A program made the translations under genes and the position numbers. The notes below the pieces were generated by a model. The model was not told the DNA's origin. It saw only the letters and a program-made list of their open reading frames with translations, and made no database searches. Positions 29,478-38,833 of a DNA stretch of 64,000 nt are shown here, piece by piece; the first letter of the stretch is position 1; the number at the start of each line of letters is the position of its first letter. This stretch comes from a virus: positions 10,046 through 74,045 of the IMG/VR virus record IMGVR_UViG_2029527005_000007; one strand, given 5' to 3'.

Positions 29478-31194
29478 TAGTAGCCCTATTAGTCAAAACA
29501 CTCGTGCCGCCGGAGCCAGCAGCCCTTCTGTCACTGCAAGTGGATTGCGTAAAAACATCCACTGGTTAGGCAACATCTGGAATCCAGATACCATGCCTGC
29601 CGCTGACTTTGACAAGTACGTGGTCCCCAAGGAGGGGGAACTCGTATGGGATCTGCAAGACACCGTGATTGTCTGGTACTTTGTTTACAAGGTTTACCAG
29701 AACACGTCTGAACTCCGTCGCGCCACGATCTTTAGCGATGAAGGTCAAACCACTGAAGATCAGGAAGCGATCTTTGGTGAGAAAGGTGGACCGTTAAACG
29801 GCGAAGGCATCATGGGGGTGGATTACTCTGTGCGCCCTAACCGTGCGCGCATTGACTCTACAGTAATGCGTCCTGGTGCCGCTTACGCTCTGTTATTTGC
29901 GGGTGACAATATTGACCCAGATAACGGCGGTAAGATTATCTCCGCGGTGTATGACAAATCCAACAACATGGTGAACAACCAAGTTCCCGTGATGCTGGCG
30001 GCGATCAACAACTACACCAATGCGGCAGTGATGACCACGGACGCCTTTAGCGTAACGTTAAACGCGGATGCGTTGCCCAACGGTTCACGTTGTACGCTGG
30101 TGTTCTTTGACCAGGGCGACATGGTGATCACGCCATCGCAGCGCATCGTGGTTCAGCACTGTTCCTATCTGCGCAACCGTGAGAAAGGCATTCGTTATAT
30201 CCTGGACATCGAACTGGTATCTGCTTGGTTTACTGATGCCAACGATCCGGACAAAATGATTCTGCCAATCACCACGCCGATCACCGGTATTGAGTTCCGC
30301 GCAATCGTTCACTACAGCAACGGTGATAAAGCAGAGCTGGCCGTGAACGGTAACAAGTTCCAGCTGATTGGTTTGGATGAGTACCGTCCGAGCTATCCGG
30401 GGCAAACCGCTGAACTGAGTCTGGTGTATACCTTGTCTGACGATGAGCAGTACTACATCGCACAGCCGGGACAGAGTGGGCGCAAAACCCGCGTGTACCA
30501 GATCATGGCCGGTGCAGCTCAAGGTGCCTATGCGCCGAAGATCTATACCTACCCGATTTGGGACAGCAAGGCGAGCCAGTGGTCGCTGCGTCACTTCATG
30601 TATGACCTGGATCGTAAGGCCTATGTGGAAGTGACAGATCTGGTTACCTTGAACGAGAGTTCACCTCCGTTCAAACCGAAATCATACAACACGTTGCAGG
30701 ACCTGACCTTTAACTTAATCCTTAAACAGGTCAGCCCTGAATACAACGCGACGATTTACAAGCAAGATACGTCAATCGTTCTGTATAAAGATGTCAATGG
30801 CCCGGATAAACGCTGGGGTGTTCAGTATGCGCAAGACAAGCCGATTTATGACGCTCTGTTTGCGAAAACAACGAACGCTGGGGCAACCACTAAGGTTAAC
30901 CTCACCAACGGCTACACCAAGTTTGATGACTGGTTACAGGCATTGTACTGGTCGGTGGTGCCGAGCTTTGACACCTTTAACGAGGAGAAAGCGCCTACTC
31001 CAAACATCGTGTACGTGATGTTGCAGGACGGCAAACGCTTCCCGCTGTCGCTGACAGACTGGAACAAGGATCTTACTATCGGTGCCGCTCAGGGCAAAGG
31101 TCAGACCTTGTTGCTGTGCTGGGCACAGAAGGACGCCAACGGCAGTGAAAAGCAGTTGGCTATGACGGGTGTTACTGTAGATCTCGCTTCTTAA
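29470..31194 (+). CDS. Virion structural protein (gp26-like)
   Basis: 574 aa immediately upstream of the terminase. Confidence 0.6.
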   Translation: MFDSSPISQNTRAAGASSPSVTASGLRKNIHWLGNIWNPDTMPAADFDKYVVPKEGELVWDLQDTVIVWYFVYKVYQNTSELRRATIFSDEGQTTEDQEAIFGEKGGPLNGEGIMGVDYSVRPNRARIDSTVMRPGAAYALLFAGDNIDPDNGGKIISAVYDKSNNMVNNQVPVMLAAINNYTNAAVMTTDAFSVTLNADALPNGSRCTLVFFDQGDMVITPSQRIVVQHCSYLRNREKGIRYILDIELVSAWFTDANDPDKMILPITTPITGIEFRAIVHYSNGDKAELAVNGNKFQLIGLDEYRPSYPGQTAELSLVYTLSDDEQYYIAQPGQSGRKTRVYQIMAGAAQGAYAPKIYTYPIWDSKASQWSLRHFMYDLDRKAYVEVTDLVTLNESSPPFKPKSYNTLQDLTFNLILKQVSPEYNATIYKQDTSIVLYKDVNGPDKRWGVQYAQDKPIYDALFAKTTNAGATTKVNLTNGYTKFDDWLQALYWSVVPSFDTFNEEKAPTPNIVYVMLQDGKRFPLSLTDWNKDLTIGAAQGKGQTLLLCWAQKDANGSEKQLAMTGVTVDLAS

Positions 31195-31198
31195 ACTC

Positions 31199-31233
31199 TA
31201 AGGTTACGGCGTACGCCGTAACCTTATTCTTTT
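31199..31233 (+). terminator. Palindrome/terminator before terL
   Basis: TAAGGTTACGGC-GTAC-GCCGTAACCTTA then TTCTTTT. Confidence 0.6.
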
Positions 31234-31246
31234 TATGGACTGAGAC

Positions 31247-34200
31247 ATGTTTGCTGCTGAAATGAAAGAGAAAGATATTGCTGCGGATTTGCAGGCATAT
31301 CTGGGGATTGAAAAGCTCCCCAAGTACTTTGTGGACGATATCCGCAAAGAAATTGACACGGAAAAAAAGAGCGATGATGAAGTGTTGCTCCAGCATTTCC
31401 GCGAAGACAGCTTGCACGGCATCAAAACCGTTCGCTTTTTAAAAGACTTCTATCACTACAACGCAAAGCCGGATATCACCACCAAGAATGAAAGCTTTCG
31501 TCGTACGGCAGACCTGTTCCGTCAACAGGGGATCAAGAACTATTACTTTATCCTGCAAATCAACAACCCTGCACTGATCGGGGTTAACCCACGTGATGAA
31601 GCCAATCTCACCAACGAACAGAAGGTGTGGATTCACAACGAGTGTAAAGAAAACTTCTGGTACTGCTTGCGTGAAGTGCTGTGGTTAAAAGCCGGCCAAC
31701 CGTTTAAGGCCAACCGCGGTAACATCTCCTTTATTTGGGCGTACCTCAACCACGTTACCACGTACAACATCATGCCGCGTCAGCAGGGTAAGGCGCAGGA
31801 CGTCAAAAGCAAGGTGCGTGTTAAGCAGAACAGTGAATTCGACCCGGTATGGAAAGAACTGGGTGATATTAAAACTGGTGACATCATCATCGACCCGCAT
31901 GGCGAGGAGTCATTGGTCAACGGCGTCTGGCCACAGGGTTATCTCCGCACTTATGAAGTCGAGATGAGCGATGGACGTAAAACCCGTGCTGCCACCGACC
32001 ACATGTGGCGTTACCGCACCAATGCCGACTGTGGGGAAAACAGCTGGAGCGAAACCACCACGGCGTTCTTCTTGGAACTGTTAAAGCGTGAGGATTATGC
32101 CAAGGACCCTATTGAGATTCCGCTGATTGAAAATCTCGAGAACAGCCGCAAGAAACGCGATCGTCTGGGATACCTTATGGGGGCGTTTCTCAACGCCGAA
32201 GGTTCTGTTGCAAGCGTTCCTTTGCCTAACATCAATGCAAGTCACCAGGAGGCGTTACAGGCGCTGCTAGACCGTGATTGTCCCGGTAAGTTCTCTGTAC
32301 GTGTTGTGGGTGAAGGTTTAGAGATTGCGCGCGCTGATGGCGTTAACTTTGAGATCAACAACAGCATCGGCCTGCCGGTTAACCTGTTGGACAGTAACCT
32401 TGAAACACGTCAAGAACTGCTGCACGGTGTACTGGATGCGGTGGCGGAAGTAGGTCATGATGGTTTGCTGATTAAAACCAAAGACACTATCGGCATGCGA
32501 CAGATTCAGTATCTGGTGCGTAGCCTGGGCGGAACGGCACGGTATGAGAAGAAGATTGAAAAGCTGATTATTACGCTGCCTGATCAAGTTCCCTACTTCC
32601 GTTTCCGTGATGAGTCTTTGCCTGTTTACGAAAACCGTTTGTTTGTTAAGAAGGTGTCGTTTTCAGGCGATCGTCCTTGCGTGTGTATCGAGGTCAACAA
32701 TGATGATTCCACTTATATCACGGATGACTTCATTGTAACGCACAACACGGTGTCGGTGCAGGTCATTGACTTCTGGTTAACGTACATCATGGGTCGTAGC
32801 TACAAGACGCACCTGGTGACGCTGAAGTCGGATAACCGCGCACAGTTCATTGAAGCGATCAAGAACATCCGTACGCAGATGCCGAGCTACCTGGTTAACC
32901 CGACCTACAAGGACAAGGACAGTGGTAACTACCTGACCTATCGTAGTTTCGGTGAAGGTCAAGCCAACGTCTTAACCATCTCGGTTCCGCAACAGTCTGA
33001 AGCTGCAGCAGGTGACTTGGGTCGTGGTCTTACAGTCGGTACAACCAACTTCGATGAGCCCGGTTACATCAACTACATCGAATCGATTGTCAACGGCTGT
33101 ACTCCGTCTGCTCTGACAGAGATGGAGAACATGCGTGAGAAAGGGTTGCCTTATGCAATCAACTATATCACCACGCCGAACACTATCAAGCATCCGTCTG
33201 GTGCGTACATGTACCGCAACATCATGAACTCCACGGAATGGCGTGAGAAGTTCTTTGACTGTTACAGTGAAAGTCATCTGGTGCACAAGTTGATTAAGCG
33301 CAGTCCGGTCAAAACCACATCGCCTTCGGTGGCCATGATCTATAACTACCTGAAGTTAGGTAAGAGCAAGGACTGGGTGACCCGCACCATTGACCAGCTG
33401 AAACTGACGCTGTCTAAAGCCAAAATCGACTTGCTGTTGATGTGGGTAGAAGACGGTGAAGACCGGCTGTTCGATGACGTGACGCGCGAGAAGTTGAGTG
33501 ATAACAAACGTGATGCGGTGTGGAGCAAAGAGTATCGGGAAAGCAACCTGTACGTGGACTTCTTTGTTACTAAAGAAGAACTCGCCAAGATGTGCAGCCC
33601 GGATTACAACGACCACATTATCATCGGCTGTGATACCTCGTCGGCAATCAATAAAGACGCCTGTACGGTGGTGTTGCGTAGCATGGTAACCGGTGACACC
33701 ATTGGGGTGGGACGCTATCCTTTGGCCTTCCTAGATGATGTAGCGGACATTGTAGTGGATCTGCTGGAATCGATCAATAACAGCATGTTGATTATTGAAC
33801 GTAACTACGCGCACCACTTCATTGACAAGCTGCTGATTACTCTGCAAGCCAAAGGGTTGGATCCGTTTAAGAAAATGTTTAACCGCATTTACGACAACCC
33901 TGTCAAGTACGCTTCACAGTTTGAAGAAGTTAAACGTACCCGTGCCGGTGGTCGCACCAAAGAGTTCTACCTGCGTTTCAAAGAGTTCTTTGGCTTTAAC
34001 ACAACTGCTTCTACGCGTAAAGAGCTGTATGACTTTATCCAGGAGGCGGTGGCGACAACAGGTGCAGGTCTGCATTACGATAAGCTCATTGACGAAATCA
34101 TTGCGCTGAAAATCAAGAACGATCGTATTGACCACGAAATAGAAGGTCACGATGACTTGGTAATCGCGTGGCTGTTGAGTTACTGGTTTATCAAAGTAGG

Positions 34201-34525
34201 TAACAGTAAGAGTTACTACGACATCATGCCGCATATGGCGTTAACGCGCACCAAGAACCTGTTGGCTGGCGGTGAGAAAAGTGTGTTCGAAGATCCGAAA
34301 GTCATGGACATGATTGACCAAGTTCGTAAGCGCATTATTAAACTTACGGAGGAGTACATCAAAACCAATGACAATATTCTGGCAATGCGTTTGGAGTTTG
34401 AGATCAACAAGCTCACCAAGCTGTTACCGAAAGAGGCGAAACGAATCCACACCATCGATACCACTATCGAGCAGGCCAAAATAGAGCGCAACCAGCGCAT
34501 AATGAAACATCGCCAAGCGGCGTAA
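31247..34525 (+). CDS. terL: Terminase large subunit (gp25-like), intein-containing
   Basis: Walker A MPRQQGK/T split by an intein; TNFDEPGYI Walker B; RNase H-like IIGCDTSSA, LIIERN and GHDDLVIAW. Confidence 0.9.
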   Translation: MFAAEMKEKDIAADLQAYLGIEKLPKYFVDDIRKEIDTEKKSDDEVLLQHFREDSLHGIKTVRFLKDFYHYNAKPDITTKNESFRRTADLFRQQGIKNYYFILQINNPALIGVNPRDEANLTNEQKVWIHNECKENFWYCLREVLWLKAGQPFKANRGNISFIWAYLNHVTTYNIMPRQQGKAQDVKSKVRVKQNSEFDPVWKELGDIKTGDIIIDPHGEESLVNGVWPQGYLRTYEVEMSDGRKTRAATDHMWRYRTNADCGENSWSETTTAFFLELLKREDYAKDPIEIPLIENLENSRKKRDRLGYLMGAFLNAEGSVASVPLPNINASHQEALQALLDRDCPGKFSVRVVGEGLEIARADGVNFEINNSIGLPVNLLDSNLETRQELLHGVLDAVAEVGHDGLLIKTKDTIGMRQIQYLVRSLGGTARYEKKIEKLIITLPDQVPYFRFRDESLPVYENRLFVKKVSFSGDRPCVCIEVNNDDSTYITDDFIVTHNTVSVQVIDFWLTYIMGRSYKTHLVTLKSDNRAQFIEAIKNIRTQMPSYLVNPTYKDKDSGNYLTYRSFGEGQANVLTISVPQQSEAAAGDLGRGLTVGTTNFDEPGYINYIESIVNGCTPSALTEMENMREKGLPYAINYITTPNTIKHPSGAYMYRNIMNSTEWREKFFDCYSESHLVHKLIKRSPVKTTSPSVAMIYNYLKLGKSKDWVTRTIDQLKLTLSKAKIDLLLMWVEDGEDRLFDDVTREKLSDNKRDAVWSKEYRESNLYVDFFVTKEELAKMCSPDYNDHIIIGCDTSSAINKDACTVVLRSMVTGDTIGVGRYPLAFLDDVADIVVDLLESINNSMLIIERNYAHHFIDKLLITLQAKGLDPFKKMFNRIYDNPVKYASQFEEVKRTRAGGRTKEFYLRFKEFFGFNTTASTRKELYDFIQEAVATTGAGLHYDKLIDEIIALKIKNDRIDHEIEGHDDLVIAWLLSYWFIKVGNSKSYYDIMPHMALTRTKNLLAGGEKSVFEDPKVMDMIDQVRKRIIKLTEEYIKTNDNILAMRLEFEINKLTKLLPKEAKRIHTIDTTIEQAKIERNQRIMKHRQAA
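31793..32746 (+). mobile_element. Class 3 intein (318 aa) with degenerate LAGLIDADG domain
   Basis: Starts at Ala (AQDVKS); block B TRAATDHMW; block F CVCIEV; ends FIVTHN before Thr+1. Confidence 0.88.
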
Positions 34526-34535
34526 AGAGGAACCA

Positions 34536-35585
34536 ATGCAACACGATGAATTGATTGACCAAGGGATTGAGGATATCTTTTCGGGCAACGAAAGTTATGC
34601 TGGACGTTATATGCAAGGTCAGTTGTATGCGCATGACGCCATATCTTTTTCCCATCTCTCTGGTAATGAAGGTTTTGTTGGAGCAATTTGGGAAAAGATC
34701 AAGCAGTTCTGCACATGGCTAGCCGGCCTGTTTACGGGTAAGAAAGGTACGGGTGAAGCTGCTCGTGAAGTTGGAGCGAAAACCAATCTGCCCAAACCCA
34801 CCAAAGAAACCATCAAGGTCACTCCGGTTCCGGTGTCCAAACTCAAAAAGAGTGAGAAAGCACCGAAAACCCACGCACCTACTCCTGAACAGAAAAAGTC
34901 TGATCGTGTCACCATGAAAGTGGAGTCTTTTCATGAACAGTTGGATCGCGCAGTTAAGGAGTTGAAGGAAGAGGCGGGTGAGCAAAAAGAGGTGACGCTG
35001 GTAGAAGTGCCGACAAACATGGACGGCATGTTCCAGAACTTGAACACGGTAGGTAATGATCTCAAGGCTGCACTGGATCGCCTGGGTGGTTCTTACGTCA
35101 TTACTTACGGCATGGTTAATGCGATAAAGGATGACGTCCCGGCTGATGTCTGGCGGAATATCCGCACTCCAGAACCCACGCAAGTGTTGAAACCGTTTGA
35201 AGATATCAAGAAAAGACTTACCAAGTTTGCTCCCTCGGCGGCTGAGAAAGAAGCCATGACGCGTGATAAGGTGATGTCCGTGGCCGATCACGATGTGACT
35301 GGTGTCTGTCAAGCCATCATCGCGGCGGTAGAAAAGGTGCGTATTTTTACCGACACACATGCTGCTAACAATGACGTTGAGAAAAAGGAGTTTATCGAGA
35401 AACGCTTTAAAACGCGTATCGAGAAAGTCGACGGTAAACGTCAGGGTCAGTTCGCCAGTTTGCTGTTCCGCATGGGCAAATGGGATTATGATTGCTATTG
35501 CCTGCTAGAACTGGCTGACTCGTTTGCTCGTATTAAACAGCGCATCTATAAAGGTGACTATTTGGTACGTGCGCCGCAAGCATAA
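34536..35585 (+). CDS. Probable processed head protein
   Basis: N-terminal SGNES and SGNEG candidate protease sites followed by an amphipathic helix (FVGAIWEKIKQFCTWLAGLF). Confidence 0.55.
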   Translation: MQHDELIDQGIEDIFSGNESYAGRYMQGQLYAHDAISFSHLSGNEGFVGAIWEKIKQFCTWLAGLFTGKKGTGEAAREVGAKTNLPKPTKETIKVTPVPVSKLKKSEKAPKTHAPTPEQKKSDRVTMKVESFHEQLDRAVKELKEEAGEQKEVTLVEVPTNMDGMFQNLNTVGNDLKAALDRLGGSYVITYGMVNAIKDDVPADVWRNIRTPEPTQVLKPFEDIKKRLTKFAPSAAEKEAMTRDKVMSVADHDVTGVCQAIIAAVEKVRIFTDTHAANNDVEKKEFIEKRFKTRIEKVDGKRQGQFASLLFRMGKWDYDCYCLLELADSFARIKQRIYKGDYLVRAPQA

Positions 35586-35595
35586 ACATAAATAA

Positions 35596-35627
35596 TAACT
35601 ACTACTCCCGCGAGGGAGTAGTAGTTA
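35596..35627. terminator. Bidirectional terminator
   Basis: TAACTACTACTCCC-GCGA-GGGAGTAGTAGTTA between convergent genes. Confidence 0.8.
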
Positions 35628-35637
35628 GTTTATTAAC

Positions 35638-36075
35638 TTAATTCAACAGCGACTTCAACGGCGTAAGTAACGGAACCGTTACCTTGATCAACTGCGGTTC
35701 AACCTTGACGTTCATGCCCATGATCAGTCCAGCATTTACGTGCTTTTCAACCAGCAGGGATTCGCCAAAGCTTTCCAGCAGGCTAACCATGGAAAGACCA
35801 ACGTCCGACAGCTTAACAAAGTCCAGACCCTTTGACTCCAGGGTATAGATCAATGCAACACCGTCGCCATTCTTAGCCAGAGCAGTTTCGCTTTTAAACG
35901 TCAGATCATTCATGACTGCGGTATGATCTTTAACCCAGCGCTGAATGGTGAGGTTATTGATGTGGCCGTTAAAGGCTGAGATCACCTGCAGGCTAAACCA
36001 CGCCTTTAAATGATTTACCGCCATGGCCGCATAGATCGGTGTTGCTAAATCAGTTTGCTGTGTGTTTAAATTCAT
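35638..36075 (-). CDS. Hypothetical protein
   Basis: 145-aa ORF translationally coupled to tmk. Confidence 0.65.
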   Translation of the reverse strand: MNLNTQQTDLATPIYAAMAVNHLKAWFSLQVISAFNGHINNLTIQRWVKDHTAVMNDLTFKSETALAKNGDGVALIYTLESKGLDFVKLSDVGLSMVSLLESFGESLLVEKHVNAGLIMGMNVKVEPQLIKVTVPLLTPLKSLLN

Positions 36076-36623
36076 GCAAGTTCACCTACAGGAATGATCA
36101 TGGTTTTATTGCTGACGCGTTGCAACAGTGAACAGGCTTCACGGTAGCGACGCGCTTTGCGATCAAATTTCTCTCGGTCTTTGAGTTCGATCTCAATGAC
36201 TTCGAGGTTCTTTTTCTTGGCGAGGCGTTTCAGATAAGTTTCATGTGAAATGCTCAGCAAATAAATGACGTCGGGATGGTTAGGATTGTTATGACCCAAT
36301 ACCCCCATCATTCCCATGGATTCCTGGTAGACCATGGAACTAACAAAGTTGCGATCACTGATGACAATCTTGCCAGCTTCCAGCGCAGGGCGAATAACCG
36401 AATGCCAAAGATAATCACGGTTCTCTTTGTACAAACGATACAACTCGTCGCTGTTGGTGGTTTTCTCTTTCAAGAAGTCGCGGATCTTCTGACCAGTGGG
36501 ATGCCCCATAAACGGTTCGGTGACCGTAATAATTTCTTTGCCGGTTTTAGCATAAAGCTTCACGAGCTTTTTAATGTACTCTGACTTACCGACTAAGTCT
36601 TGTCCTTCTACGACGACGTACAT
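36072..36623 (-). CDS. tmk: Thymidylate (dTMP) kinase
   Basis: VVVEGQDLVGKS P-loop, TEP, SDRNFVSSMVYQ. Confidence 0.88.
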   Translation of the reverse strand: MYVVVEGQDLVGKSEYIKKLVKLYAKTGKEIITVTEPFMGHPTGQKIRDFLKEKTTNSDELYRLYKENRDYLWHSVIRPALEAGKIVISDRNFVSSMVYQESMGMMGVLGHNNPNHPDVIYLLSISHETYLKRLAKKKNLEVIEIELKDREKFDRKARRYREACSLLQRVSNKTMIIPVGELA

Positions 36624-36718
36624 TTGCGACTCCTTTGCAGGAGTTTACCCCAGGCATTGCCAAGCTTTTCAACCGGAGTAGGTTTATAGTTACGGTTGGG
36701 TCTGTACTTGGTCGGCAT
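36608..36718 (-). CDS. 36-aa basic peptide
   Basis: GGAGG RBS; MPTKYRPNRNYKPTPVEKLGNAWGKLLQRSRKCTSS; overlaps the tmk start. Confidence 0.45.
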   Translation of the reverse strand: MPTKYRPNRNYKPTPVEKLGNAWGKLLQRSRKCTSS

Positions 36719-36839
36719 GATCAACCTCCGGCTTAGCAGGTTGCTGATTTTTAACCAGCGTGCGGAAGAACTGATTCAGGATCTGTCCGTTACGACCCAT
36801 GCGTTTAACACGGTTTTTAGCGATGCGTTTAGTAGCCAT
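36690..36839 (-). CDS. 49-aa basic peptide
   Basis: Start overlaps the upstream stop (TAATG); MATKRIAKNRVKRMGRNGQILNQFFRTLVKNQQPAKPEVDHADQVQTQP. Confidence 0.5.
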   Translation of the reverse strand: MATKRIAKNRVKRMGRNGQILNQFFRTLVKNQQPAKPEVDHADQVQTQP

Positions 36840-37471
36840 TATTGAGTCACCTTAGAAAGTTTGAACATGATCCAGTTGTTGGAGCTCATGCTGGACCCGC
36901 AAGGAACGAAGAGGGCATTATTGGCTGTGTTGCGCAGCACGAAATAGTTGCCGTCTTCATGAATAACGATTTCACGACGCAAGCACTGGCGATGGTCAAC
37001 CCAGTCTTCGCAACGAATGAAATCTGCTTCGCCTTTAAACAACATGTCCATGGCGATGCCGAAACTGACCCGATCTTCAGCGCTAGGAACTTCCGCCCAA
37101 CGTCCTTTGTTCAGGTTATCCAGAGTGATGTTCCACTCTTCCTCACGCCCGTCTTTGTTACGAACGTAAGGCTGATAATGAGTGCGCTCTAAACCCTCGA
37201 CTGGTTTAGTGAACAAACGGCGACCGACAACCCCTTTGTCGAAGTTCTGTATTTCAGGGATGTTTCCGTTAAGGAAACCGTTAAATAAAGCTGCCGTATC
37301 CTTAGGCTCTTTCAGCTTACGCTGATTATCCATGTGATAGTTAACGAGTTCGCGAATTTCTTCGACGATAACATCGCGAACCTGTTCAACTTGAGGACCC
37401 GAGAGGTCTGGCAGTTTGCTGGTGAGTACTTCAACTAAGTTATACTCAACCGTTTCAACATTGTCAGTCAT
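36839..37471 (-). CDS. Hypothetical protein
   Basis: 210-aa ORF in the operon. Confidence 0.7.
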   Translation of the reverse strand: MTDNVETVEYNLVEVLTSKLPDLSGPQVEQVRDVIVEEIRELVNYHMDNQRKLKEPKDTAALFNGFLNGNIPEIQNFDKGVVGRRLFTKPVEGLERTHYQPYVRNKDGREEEWNITLDNLNKGRWAEVPSAEDRVSFGIAMDMLFKGEADFIRCEDWVDHRQCLRREIVIHEDGNYFVLRNTANNALFVPCGSSMSSNNWIMFKLSKVTQ

Positions 37472-37480
37472 AAACCCGCC

Positions 37481-38833
37481 TTATTGATAATTATCTCTTG
37501 TTATAATTCGTAAGCACATATAAACAAGAAATGCCGTTCTCAGTGAAATTATAGTGCTCGGTGTCCGGATACCTGTTTGTGAGGTTACCAGCTCATCACC
37601 GAACTGTCGCAGAAACAGTACTGTCTCATTAACGGAGCGAGGTGAGTTATACGCACCTTTCATTTTTCGCGCTACGTCAACAACATGAGTCTTCAAAATA
37701 TTGTTAACACGCATGTATTCAAAGAGATGCACAGTGAGTTCATCAACAAACTTGTGTGCCGGTTCGGCGCCTTTCTTGCTGTTGTAAATGCCCGGGAAAG
37801 CACGCACAACATACGCCAGCTTGTCAGTCCCACCGAACTCAGCGATCTTGCAGGCATAACGAATCAGCTCTTCTTTGTAGAAAGCCTGTTCAGATACCAG
37901 GACGCTCTCAATATAGTTTTTATATTGAGGGACTTCTTTGCTGACGTTCTTAATAGTGACGCCGTCTTCCAGATTAACTGTGTTACCTTCGATGCTCAGG
38001 ATATCGGTTTTATTCTTAACGTCATGGAACACTTTGTTGATGTCGTTAATTACACCGCGTAAACGGTCCTGGATGTCACCGATCATGTAAACGACTTTAG
38101 CATCGTTCTTCATGGTGGTGTAAGCATCAAAGTGGATACCGGTGCGGGGGTCGAGGATAAACTCAGCACGCGCTTCGATCAGTGCACGCCATGAACCATA
38201 ACGCTTGATGTCATATTTCAGAGACAGGCGGTTATAAGTTTCAATAGCGACTTCTTTACGAGCCAGGAACTTGTAGTCGTTGGCAATGATACTGGTTAAA
38301 CACTTGTAGTGATACATGCAGATGATATCAACCATAGCCTGGTGCTTGGTCTTGTCATCCATGTTCTTGGAGTGGTACGCCTGGCAAAGCAGGTACGCGA
38401 CCGACATGTTCCAAACGTCGGATACGACGTGCCACTCTTTCTTAACCACGCCAGAAGCAATCAGTTCTTCATAGAGCTGATCTTCATCCGCATCGTAGAT
38501 CTCGCTAAACCACTGGTTGCGGTCAGCAGTAGTGAACACGATCTTCTGCAAGCCGAGGTAAGGCGAACCAAAGAACTCGGTGTAATCAGTCATGCCTTGT
38601 TTGCGAGTGGTGAACGTATAGACGTAGCGACGAAGACGTTGCGCCCACTTCGCATCGTAATCTTCCTGGTCCTGCTTGAAATAGATGTCGAAGATCTTGC
38701 CAGCACCGGAAACGCTATAGGCTTCCAGTCCCGCATACTGCATCAGGAACTGTTCGAAACCTGCCCGGTTCTCTTCGAACATGAAGTGTTGTGCATCAAA
38801 GTTTTTCATTGGGATTACTCGTGAGATTATCAA
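37481..38833 (-). CDS. Conserved jumbo-phage hypothetical protein
   Basis: 450-aa ORF; alternative start ATG at 38809; FFGSPYLGLQKIVFTTADRNQWF. Confidence 0.7.
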   Translation of the reverse strand: MIISRVIPMKNFDAQHFMFEENRAGFEQFLMQYAGLEAYSVSGAGKIFDIYFKQDQEDYDAKWAQRLRRYVYTFTTRKQGMTDYTEFFGSPYLGLQKIVFTTADRNQWFSEIYDADEDQLYEELIASGVVKKEWHVVSDVWNMSVAYLLCQAYHSKNMDDKTKHQAMVDIICMYHYKCLTSIIANDYKFLARKEVAIETYNRLSLKYDIKRYGSWRALIEARAEFILDPRTGIHFDAYTTMKNDAKVVYMIGDIQDRLRGVINDINKVFHDVKNKTDILSIEGNTVNLEDGVTIKNVSKEVPQYKNYIESVLVSEQAFYKEELIRYACKIAEFGGTDKLAYVVRAFPGIYNSKKGAEPAHKFVDELTVHLFEYMRVNNILKTHVVDVARKMKGAYNSPRSVNETVLFLRQFGDELVTSQTGIRTPSTIISLRTAFLVYMCLRIITRDNYQ

